A stretch of DNA of 64,000 nt, taken from the human T2T-CHM13v2.0 reference genome, Homo sapiens. Within the stretch, counting starts at the first letter, position 1. Every line of letters starts with the position of its first letter. The position numbers and the translations under genes were made by a program. Location: the NCBI RefSeq assembly GCF_009914755.1, contig NC_060935.1; one strand, 5' to 3'. The notes under the pieces are model-generated. The model was given only the letters and a program-made list of their open reading frames with translations. It ran no database searches and had not been told where the DNA came from. Of the stretch, positions 41,001 to 53,300 are shown piece after piece.

Positions 41001-44000
41001 AGCATTCACAGACAACTCTTAGTGATCATTGGATTGAACTAACAGAGCTGAACATTCGTTTAGATGGCGCAGTTTCCAAACACACTTTCTGTAGAATCTG
41101 CAAGTGGATATTTGGACCTCTCTGAGGATTTCGTTGGAAACGGGATAAACTTCCCAGAACTACACGGAAGCATTCTGAGAAACTTCTTTGTGATGTTTGC
41201 ATTCAACTCACAGAGTTGAACCTTGCTTTTTTAGTTCAGCTTTCAAACACTCTTTTTGTAGAATCTGCAAGTGGATATTTGGACCACTTTGTGGCCTTCC
41301 TTCGAAACGGATATATCTTCACATCAAACCTAGACAGAAGCATTCTCAGAATGTTTCCTGTAATGACTGCATTCAACTCACAGAGGTGAACAATCCTGCT
41401 GATGGAGCAGTTTTGAAACTCTCTTTCTTTGGATTCTGCAAGTGGATATGTGGACCTCTGTGAAGATTTCGTTGGAAACGGGTTCATCTTCACAGAAAAA
41501 CTAAACAGAAGCATTCTCAGAAACTGCTTTGTGATGTTTGTGTTCCACTTCAGGAATTGAACTTTCCTCTTGACAGAGCAGCTCTGAAATCCTCTTATTC
41601 TAGAATCTGCAAGTGGACATTTGGAGGGCTTTGAGGCCTGTGGTGGAAAAGGAAAATCTTCACATAAAAACTAGATGGAAGCATTCTCAGAAACTACTTT
41701 GTGATGATTGCATTCGACTCACAGAGTTGAACATTCCTATAGATAGAGCAGGTTGTAAACAATCTTTTTGTAGAATCTGAGATTGGAGATTTGGACTGCT
41801 TTGAGGCCTACTGTAGTAAAGGAAATAACTTCATCTAAAAACCAAACGGAAGCATTCACAGACAACTCTTAGTGATCATTGGATTGAACTAACAGAGCTG
41901 AACATTCGTTTAGATGGCGCAGTTTCCAAACACACTTTCTGTAGAATCTGCAAGTGGATATTTGGACTTCTCTGAGGATTTCGTTGGAAACGGGATAAAC
42001 TTCCCAGAACTACACGGAAGCATTCTGAGAAACTTCTTTGTGATGTTTGCATTCAACTCACAGAGTTGAACCTTGCTTTCATAGTTCAGCTTTCAAACAC
42101 TCTTTTTGTAGAATCTGCAAGTGGATATTTGGACCACTTTGTGGCCTTCCTTCGAAACGGGTATATCTTCACATCAAACCTAGACAGAAGCATTCTCAGA
42201 ATGTTTCCTGTGATGACTGCATTCAACTCACAGAGGTGAACAATCCTGCTGATGGAGCAGTTTTGAAACTCTCTTTCTTTGGATTCTGCAAGTGGATATG
42301 TGGACCTCTGTGAAGATTTCGTTGGAAACGGGTTCATCTTCACAGAAAAACTAAGCAGAAGCATTCTCAGAAACTGCTTTGTTATGTTTGTGTTCCACTT
42401 CAAGAATTGAACTTTCCTCTTGACAGAGCAGCTCTGAAACCCTCTTATTCTAGAATCTGCAAGTGGACATTTGGAGGGCTTTGAGGCCTGTGGTGGAAAA
42501 GGAAAATCTTCACATAAAAACTAGATGGAAGCATTCTCAGAAACTACTTTGTGATGATTGCATTCGACTCACAGAGTTGAAAATTCCTATAGATAGAGCA
42601 GGTTGTAAACAATCTTTTTGTAGAATCTGCGATTGGAAATTTGGACTGCTTTGAGGCCTACTGTAGTAAAGGAAATAACTTCATCTAAAAACCAAACGGA
42701 AGCATTCACAGACAATTCTTAGTGATCATTGGATTGAACTAACAGAGCTGAACATTCGTTTAGATGGCGCAGTTTCCAAACACACTTTCTGTAGAATCTG
42801 CAAGTGGATATTTGGACCTCTCTGAGGATTTCGTTGGAAACGGGATAAACTTCCCAGAACTACACGGAAGCATTCTGAGAAACTTCTTTGTGATGTTTGC
42901 ATTCAACTCACAGAGTTGAACCTTGCTTTTATAGTTCAGCTTTCAAACACTCTTTTTGTAGAATCTGCAAGTGGATATTTGGACCACTTTGTGGCCTTCC
43001 TTCGAAACGGGTATATCTTCACATCAAACCTAGACAGAAGCATTCTCAGAATGTTTCCTGTGATGACTGCATTCAACTCACAGAGGTGAACAATCCTGCT
43101 GATGGAGCAGTTTTGAAACTGTCTTTCTTTTTATTCTGCAAGTGGATATGTGGACCTCTGTGAAGATTTCGTTGGAAACGGGTTCATCTTCACAGAAAAA
43201 CTAAACAGAAGCATTCTCAGAAACTGCTTTGTCATGTTTGTGTTCCACTTCAGGAATTGAACTTTCCTCTTGACAGAGCAGCTCTGAAATCCTCTTATTC
43301 TAGAATCTGCAAGTGGACATTTGGAGGGCTTTGAGGCCTGTGGTGGAAAAGGAAAATCTTCACATAAAAACTAGATGGAAGCATTCTCAGAAACTACTTT
43401 GTGATGATTGCATTCGACTCACAGAGTTGAACATTCCTATAGATAGAGCAGGTTGTAAACAATCTTTTTGTAGAATCTGAGATTGGAGATTTGGACTGCT
43501 TTGAGGCCTACTGTAGTAAAGGAAATAACTTCATCTAAAAACCAAACGGAAGCATTCACAGACAATTCTTAGTGATCATTGGATTGAACTAACAGAGCTG
43601 AACATTCCTTTAGATGGAGCAGTTTCCAAACACACTTTCTGTAGAATCTGCAAGTGGATATTTGGACTTCTCTGAGGATTTCGTTGGAAACGGGATAAAC
43701 TTCCCAGAACTACACGGAAGCATTTTGAGAAACTTCTTTGTGATGTTTGCATTCAACTCACAGAGTTGAACCTTGCTTTCATATTTCAGCTTTCAAACAC
43801 TCTTTTTGTAGAATCTGCAAGTGGATATTTGGACCACTTTGTGGCCTTCCTTCGAAACGGGTATATCTTCACATCAAACCTAGACAGAAGCATTCTCAGA
43901 ATGTTTCCTGTGATGACTGCATTCAACTCACAGAGGTGAACAATCCTGCTGATGGAGCAGTTTTGAAACTCTCTTTCTTTGGATTCTGCAAGTGGATATG

Positions 44001-44599
44001 TGGACCTCTGTGAAGATTTCGTTGGAAACGGGTTCATCTTCACAGAAAAACTAAACAGAAGCATTCTCAGAAACTCCTTTGTCATGTTTGTGTTCCACTT
44101 CAGGAATTGAACTTTCCTCTTGACACAGCAGCTCTGAAACCCTCTTATTCTAGAATCTGCAAGTGGACATTTGGAGGGCTTTGAGGCCTGTGGTGGAAAA
44201 GGAAAATCTTCACATAAAAACTAGATGGAAGCATTCTCAGAAACTACTTTGTGATGATAGCATTCGACTCACAGAGTTGAACATTCCTATAGATAGAGCA
44301 GGTTGTAAACAATCTTTTTGTAGAATCTGCGATTGGAGATTTGGACTGCTTTGAGGCCTACTGTAGTAAAGGAAATAACTTCATCTAAAAACCAAACGGA
44401 AGCATTCACAGACAATTCTTAGTGATCATTGGATTGAACTAACAGAGCTGAACATTCCTTTAGATGGAGCAGTTTCCAAACACACTTTCTGTAGAATCTG
44501 CAAGTGGATATTTGGACTTCTCTGAGGATTTCGTTGGAAAGGGGATAAACTTCCCAGAACTACACGGAAGCATTGTGAGAAACTTCTTTGTGATGTTTG

Positions 44600-47150
44600 C
44601 ATTCAACTCACAGAGTTGAACCTTGCTTTCATAGTTCAGCTTTCAAACACTCTTTTTGTAGAATCTGCAAGTGGATATTTGGACCACTTTGTGGCCTTCC
44701 TTCGAAACGGGTATATCTTCACATCAAACCTAGACAGAAGCATTCTCAGAATGTTTCCTGTGATGACTGCATTCAACTCACAGAGGTGAACAATCCTGCT
44801 GATGGAGCAGTTTTGAAACTCTCTTTCTTTGGATTCTGCAAGTGGATATGTGGACCTCTGTGAAGATTTCGTTGGAAACGGGTTCATCTTCACAGAAAAA
44901 CTAAGCAGAAGCATTCTCAGAAACTGCTTTGTTATGTTTGTGTTCCACTTCAAGAATTGAACTTTCCTCTTGACAGAGCAGCTCTGAAATCCTCTTATTC
45001 TAGAATCTGCAAGTGGACATTTGGAGGGCTTTGAGGCCTGTGGTGGAAAAGGAAAATCTTCACATAAAAACTAGATGGAAGCATTCTCAGAAACTACTTT
45101 GTGATGATTGCATTCGACTCACAGAGTTGAAAATTCCTATAGATAGAGCAGGTTGTAAACAATCTTTTTGTAGAATCTGCGATTGGAAATTTGGACTGCT
45201 TTGAGGCCTACTGTAGTAGAGGGAATAACTTCATCTAAAAACCAAACGGAAGCATTCACAGACAATTCTTAGTGATCATTGGATTGAACTAACAGAGCTG
45301 AACATTCGTTTAGATGGCGCAGTTTCCAAACACACTTTCTGTAGAATCTGCAAGTGGATATTTGGACCTCTCTGAGGATTTCGTTGGAAACGGGATAAAC
45401 TTCCCAGAACTACACGGAAGCATTGTGAGAAACTTCTTTGTGATGTTTGCATTCAACTCACAGAGTTGAACCTTGCTTTCATAGTTCAGCTTTCAAACAC
45501 TCTTTTTGTAGAATCTGCAAGTGGATATTTGGACCACTTTGTGGCCTTCCTTCGAAACGGGTATATCTTCACATCAAACCTAGACAGAAGCATTCTCAGA
45601 ATGTTTCCTGTGATGACTGCATTCAACTCACAGAGGTGAACAATCCTGCTGATGGAGCAGTTTTGAAACTCTCTTTCTTTGGATTCTGCAAGTGGATATG
45701 TGGACCTCTGTGAAGATTTCGTTGGAAACGGGTTCATCTTCACAGAAAAACTAAGCAGAAGCATTCTCAGAAACTGCTTTGTTATGTTTGTGTTCCACTT
45801 CAAGAATTGAACTTTCCTCTTGACAGAGCAGCTCTGAAATCCTCTTATTCTAGAATCTGCAAGTGGACATTTGGAGGGCTTTGAGGCCTGTGGTGGAAAA
45901 GGAAAATCTTCACATAAAAACTAGATGGAAGCATTCTCAGAAACTACTTTGTGATGATTGCATTCGACTCACAGAGTTGAACATTCCTATAGATAGAGCA
46001 GGTTGTAAACAATCTTTTTGTAGAATCTGCGATTGGAAATTTGGACTGCTTTGAGGCCTACTGTAGTAGAGGGAATAACTTCATCTAAAAACCAAACGGA
46101 AGCATTCACAGACAATTCTTAGTGATCATTGGATTGAACTAACAGAGCTGAACATTCGTTTAGATGGCGCAGTTTCCAAACACACTTTCTGTAGAATCTG
46201 CAAGTGGATATTTGGACCTCTCTGAGGATTTCGTTGGAAACGGGATAAACTTCCCAGAACTACACGGAAGCATTGTGAGAAACTTCTTTGTGATGTTTGC
46301 ATTCAACTCACAGAGTTGAACCTTGCTTTCATAGTTCAGCTTTCAAACACTCTTTTTGTAGAATCTGCAAGTGGATATTTGGACCACTTTGTGGCCTTCC
46401 TTCGAAACGGGTATATCTTCACATCAAACCTAGACAGAAGCATTCTCAGAATGTTTCCTGTGATGACTGCATTCAACTCACAGAGGTGAACAATCCTGCT
46501 GATGGAGCAGTTTTGAAACTCTCTTTCTTTGGATTCTGCAAGTGGATATGTGGACCTCTGTGAAGATTTCGTTGGAAACGGGTTCATCTTCACAGAAAAA
46601 CTAAGCAGAAGCATTCTCAGAAACTGCTTTGTTATGTTTGTGTTCCACTTCAAGAATTGAACTTTCCTCTTGACAGAGCAGCTCTGAAATCCTCTTATTC
46701 TAGAATCTGCAAGTGGACATTTGGAGGGCTTTGAGGCCTGTGGTGGAAAAGGAAAATCTTCACATAAAAACTAGATGGAAGCATTCTCAGAAACTACTTT
46801 GTGATGATTGCATTCGACTCACAGAGTTGAAAATTCCTATAGATAGAGCAGGTTGTAAACAATCTTTTTGTAGAATCTGCGATTGGAAATTTGGACTGCT
46901 TTGAGGCCTACTGTAGTAGAGGGAATAACTTCATCTAAAAACCAAACGGAAGCATTCACAGACAATTCTTAGTGATCATTGGATTGAACTAACAGAGCTG
47001 AACATTCGTTTAGATGGCGCAGTTTCCAAACACACTTTCTGTAGAATCTGCAAGTGGATATTTGGACCTCTCTGAAGATTTCGTTGGAAACGGGATAAAC
47101 TTCCCAGAACTACACGGAAGCATTCTGAGAAACTTCTTTGTGATGTTTGC
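44600..47150 (+). repeat. Triplication of a single HOR variant (period 850 bp)
   Basis: CTGTAGTAGAGGGAATAACT at 45211, 46061 and 46911 only; CTAAGCAGAA at 44901, 45751 and 46601. Confidence 0.88.
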
Positions 47151-50100
47151 ATTCAACTCACAGAGTTGAACCTTGCTTTTATAGTTCAGCTTTCAAACAC
47201 TCTTTTTGTAGAATCTGCAAGTGGATATTTGGACCACTTTGTGGCCTTCCTTCGAAACGGGTATATCTTCACATCAAACCTAGACAGAAGCATTCTCAGA
47301 ATGTTTCCTGTGATGACTGCATTCAACTCACAGAGGTGAACAATCCTGCTGATGGAGCAGTTTTGAAACTCTCTTTCTTTGGATTCTGCAAGTGGATATG
47401 TGGACCTCTGTGAAGATTTCGTTGGAAACGGGTTCATCTTCACAGAAAAACTAAACAGAAGCATTCTCAGAAACTGCTTTGTTATGTTTGTGTTCCACTT
47501 CAAGAATTGAACTTTCCTCTTGACAGAGCAGCTCTGAAACCCTCTTATTCTAGAATCTGCAAGTGGACATTTGGAGGGCTTTGAGGCCTGTGGTGGAAAA
47601 GGAAAATCTTCACATAAAAACTAGATGGAAGCATTCTCAGAAACTACTTTGTGATGATTGCATTCGACTCACAGAGTTGAACATTCCTATAGATAGAGCA
47701 GGTTGTAAACAATCTTTTTGTAGAATCTGCGATTGGAGATTTGGCCTGCTTTGAGGCCTACTGTAGTAAAGGAAATAACTTCATCTAAAAACCAAACGGA
47801 AGCATTCACAGACAATTCTTAGTGATCATTGCATTAAACTAACAGAGCTGAACATTCCTTTAGATGGAGCAGTTTCCAAACCCACTTTCTGTAGAATCTG
47901 CAAGTGGATATTTGGACTTCTCTGAGGATTTCGTTGGAAACGGGATAAACTTCCCAGAACTACACGGAAGCATTGTGAGAAACTTCTTTGTGATGTTTGC
48001 ATTCAACTCACAGAGTTGAACCTTGCTTTCATAGTTCAGCTTTCAAACACTCTTTTTGTAGAATCTGCAAGTAGATATTTGGACCACTTTGTGGCCTTCC
48101 TTCGAAACGGGTATATCTTCACATCAAACCTAGACAGAAGCATTCTCAGAATGTTTCCTGTGATGACTGCATTCAACTCACAGATGTGAACAATCCTACT
48201 GATGGAGCAGTTTTGAAACTCTCTTTCTTTGGATTCTGCAAGTGGATATGTGGACCTCTGTGAAGATTTCGTTGGAAACGGGTTCATCTTCACAGAAAAA
48301 CTAAAGAGAAGCATTCTCAGAAACTGCTTTGTTATGTTTGTGTTCCACTTCAGGAATTGAACTTTCCTCTTGACAGAGCAGCTCTGAAACCCTCTTATTC
48401 TAGAATCTGCAAGTGGACATTTGGAGGGCTTTGAGACCTGTGGTGGAAAAGGAAAATCTTCACATAAAAACTAGATGGAAGCATTCTCAGAAACTACTTT
48501 GTGATGATTGCACTCGACTCACAGAGTTGAACATTCCTATAGATAGAGCAGGTTGTAAACAATCTTTTTGTAGAATCTGCGATTGGAAATTTGGACTGCT
48601 TTGAGGCCTACTGTAGTAAAGGAAATAACTTCATCTAAAAACCAAACGGAAGCATTCACAGACAATTCTTAGTGATCATTGCATTGAACTAACAGAGCTG
48701 AACATTCCTTTAGATGGCGCAGTTTCCAAACACACTTTCTGTAGAATCTGCAAGTGGATATTTGTACCTCTCTGAGGATTTCGTTGGAAACGGGATAAAC
48801 TTCCCAGAACTACACGGAAGCATTGTGAGAAACTTCTTTGTGATGTTTGCATTCAACTCACAGAGTTGAACCTTGCTTTCATAGTTCAGCTTTCAAACAC
48901 TCTTTTTGTAGAATCTGCAAGTGGATATTTGGACCACTTTGTGGCCTTCCTTCGAAACGGGTATATCTTCACATCAAACCTAGACAGAAGCATTCTCAGA
49001 ATGTTTCCTGTGATGACTGCATTCAACTCACAGAGGTGAACAATCCTGTTGATGGAGCAGTTTTGAAACTCTCTTTCTTTGGATTCTGCAAGTGGATATG
49101 TGGACCTCTGTGAAGATTTCGTTGGAAACGGGTTCATCTTCACAGAAAAACTAAACAGAAGCATTCTCAGAAACTGCTTTGTGATGTTTGTGTTCCACTT
49201 CAGGAACTGAACTTTCCTCTTCACAGAGCAGCTCTGAAACCCTCTTTTTCTAGAATCTGCAAGTGGACATTTGGAGGGCTTTGAGGCCTGTGGTGGAAAA
49301 GGAAAATCTTCACATAAAAACTAGATGGAAGCATTCTCAGAAACTACTTTGTGATGATTGCATTCGACTCACAGAGTTGAACATTCCTATAGATAGAGCA
49401 GGTTGTAAACAATCTTTTTGTAGAATCTGCGATTGGAGATTTGGACTGCTTTGAGGCCTACTGTAGTAAAGGAAATAACTTCATCTAAAAACCAAACGGA
49501 AGCATTCACAGACAATTCTTAGTGATCATTGGATTGAACTAACAGAGCTGAACATTCCTTTAGATGGAGCAGTTTCCAAACACACTTTCTGTAGAATCTG
49601 CAAGTGGATATTTGGACTTCTCTGAGGATTTCGTTGGAAACGGGATAAACTTCCCAGAACTACACGGAAGCATTGTGAGAAACTTCTTTGCGATGTTTTC
49701 ATTCAACTAACAGAGTTGAACCTTGCTTTCATAGTTCAGCTTTCAAACACTCCTTTTGTAGAATCTGCAAGTGGATATTTGGACCACTTTGTGGCCTTCC
49801 TTCGAAACGGGTATATCTTCACATCAAACCTAGACAGAAGCATTCTCAGAATGTTTCCTGTGTTGACTGCATTCAACTCACAGAGGTGAACAATCCTGCT
49901 GATGGAGCAGTTTTGAAACTCTCTTTCTTTGGATTCTGCAAGTGGATATGTGGACCTCTGTGAAGATTTCGTTGGAAACGGGTTCATCTTCACAGAGAAA
50001 CTAAACAGAAGCATTCTCAGAAACTGCTTTGTGATGTTTGTGTTCCACTTCAAGAATTGAACTTTCCTCTTGACAGAGCAGCTCTGAAACCCTCTTATTC

Positions 50101-50349
50101 TAGAATCTGCAAGTGGACATTTGGAGGGCTTTGAGGCCTGTGGTGGAAAAGGAAAATCTTCACATAAAAACTAGATGGAAGCATTCTCAGAAACTACTTT
50201 GTGATGATTGCATTCGACTCACAGAGTTGAACATTCCTATAGATAGAGCAGGTTGTAAACAATCTTTTTGTAGAATCTGCGATTGGAAATTTGGACTGCT
50301 TTGAGGCCTACTGTAGTAAAGGAAATAACTTCATCTAAAAACCAAACGG

Positions 50350-53300
50350 AAGCATTCACAGACAATTCTTAGTGATCATTGCATTGAACTAACAGAGCTG
50401 AACATTCCTTTAGATGGCGCAGTTTCCAAACACACTTTCTGTAGAATCTGCAAGTGGATATTTGGACTTCTCTGAGGATTTCGTTGGAAACGGGATAAAC
50501 TTCCCAGAACTACACGGAAGCATTGTGAGAAACTTCTTTGTGATGTTTGCATTCAACTCACAGAGTTGAACCTTGCTTTCATAGTTCAGCTTTCAAACAC
50601 TCTTTTTGTAGAATCTGCAAGTAGATATTTGGACCACTTTGTGGCCTTCCTTCGAAACGGGTATATCTTCACATCAAACCTAGACAGAAGCATTCTCAGA
50701 ATGTTTCCTGTGATGACTGCATTCAACTCACAGAGGTGAACAATCCTACTGATGGAGCAGTTTTGAAACTCTCTTTCTTTGGATTCTGCAAGTGGATATG
50801 TGGACCTCTGTGAAGATTTCGTTGGAAACGGGTTCATCTTCACAGAAAAACTAAACAGAAGCATTCTCAGAAACTGCTTTGTTATGTTTGTGTTCCACTT
50901 CAGGAATTGAACTTTCCTCTTGACAGAGCAGCTCTGAAACCCTCTTATTCTAGAATCTGCAAGTGGACATTTGGAGGGCTTTGAGACCTGTGGTGGAAAA
51001 GGAAAATCTTCACATAAAAACTAGATGGAAGCATTCTCAGAAACTATTTTGTGATGATTGCACTCGACTCACAGAGTTGAACATTCCTATAGATAGAGCA
51101 GGTTGTAAACAATCTTTTTGTAGAATCTGAGATTGGAAATTTGGACTGCTTTGAGGCCTACTGTAGTAAAGGAAATAACTTCATCTAAAAACCAAACGGA
51201 AGCATTCACAGAGAATTCTTAGTGATCATTGCATTAAACTAACAGAGCTGAACATTCCTTTAGATGGAGCAGTTTCCAAACACACTTTCTGTAGAATCTG
51301 CAAGTGGATATTTGGACTTCTCTGAGGATTTCGTTGGAAACGGGATAAACTTCCCAGAACTACACGGAAGCATTCTGAGAAACTTCTTTGTGATGTTTGC
51401 ATTCAACTCACAGAGTTGAACCTTGCTTTCATAGTTCAGCTTTCAAACACTCTTTTTGTAGAATCTGCAAGTGGATATTTGGACCACTTTGTGGCCTTCC
51501 TTCGAAACGGGTATATCTTCACATCAAACCTAGACAGAAGCATTCTCAGAATGTTTCCTGTGATGACTGCATTCAACTCACAGAGGTGAACAATCCTACT
51601 GATGGAGCAGTTTTGAAACTCTCTTTCTTTGGATTCTGCAAGTGGATATGTGGACCTCTGTGAAGATTTCGTTGGAAACGGGTTCATCTTCACAGAAAAA
51701 CTAAACAGAAGCATTCTCAGAAACTGCTTTGTTATGTTTGTGTTCCACTTCATGAATTGAACTTTCCTCTTGACAGAGCAGCTCTGAAACCCTCTTATTC
51801 TAGAATCTGCAAGTGGACATTTGGAGGGCTTTGAGACCTGTGGTGGAAAAGGAAAATCTTCACATAAAAACTAGATGGAAGCATTCTCAGAAACTAGTTT
51901 GTGATGATTGCATTCGACTCACAGAGTTGAACATTCCTATAGATAGAGCAGGTTGTAAACAATCTTTTTGTAGAATCTCCGATTGGAAATTTGGACTGCT
52001 TTGAAGCCTACTGTAGTAAAGGAAATAACTTCATCTAAAAACCAAACGGAAGCATTCACAGACAATTCTTAGTGATCATTGGATTGAACTAACAGAGCTG
52101 AACATTCCTTTAGATGGCGCAGTTTCCAAACACACTTTCTGTAGAATCTGCAAGTGGATATTTGTACCTCTCTGAGGATTTCGTTGGAAACGGGATAAAC
52201 TTCCCAGAACTACACGGAAGCATTGTGAGAAACTTCTTTGTGATGTTTGCATTCAACTCACAGAGTTGAACCTTGCTTTCATAGTTCAGCTTTCAAACAC
52301 TCTTTTTGTAGAATCTGCAAGTGGATATTTGGACCACTTTGTGGCCTTCCTTCGAAACGGGTATATCTTCACATCAAACCTAGACAGAAGCATTCTCAGA
52401 ATGTTTCCTGTGATGACTGCATTCAACTCACAGAGGTGAACAATCCTGTTGATGGAGCAGTTTTGAAACTCTCTTTCTTTGGATTCTGCAAGTGGATATG
52501 TGGACCTCTGTGAAGATTTCGTTGGAAACGGGTTCATCTTCACAGAAAAACTAAACAGAAGCATTCTCAGAAACTGCTTTGTGATGTTTGTGTTCCACTT
52601 CAGGAACTGAACTTTCCTCTTCACAGAGCAGCTCTGAAACCCTCTTTTTCTAGAATCTGCAAGTGGACATTTGGAGGGCTTTGAGGCCTGTGGTGGAAAA
52701 GGAAAATCTTCACATAAAAACTAGATGGAAGCATTCTCAGAAACTACTTTGTGATGATTGCATTCGACTCACAGAGTTGAACATTCCTATAGATAGAGCA
52801 GGTTGTAAACAATCTTTTTGTAGAATCTGCGATTGGAGATTTGGACTGCTTTGAGGCCTACTGTAGTAAAGGAAATAACTTCATCTAAAAACCAAACGGA
52901 AGCATTCACAGACAATTCTTAGTGATCATTGCATTGAACTAACAGAGCTGAACATTCCTTTAGATGGCGCAGTTTCCAAACACACTTTCTGTAGAATCTG
53001 CAAGTGGATATTTGGACTTCTCTGAGGATTTCGTTGGAAACGGGATAAACTTCCCAGAACTACACGGAAGCATTGTGAGAAACTTCTTTGTGATGTTTGC
53101 ATTCAACTCACAGAGTTGAACCTTGCTTTCATAGTTCAGCTTTCAAACACTCTTTTTGTAGAATCTGCAAGTAGATATTTGGACCACTTTGTGGCCTTCC
53201 TTCGAAACGGGTATATCTTCACATCAAACCTAGACAGAAGCATTCTCAGAATGTTTCCTGTGATGACTGCATTCAACTCACAGAGGTGAACAATCCTACT

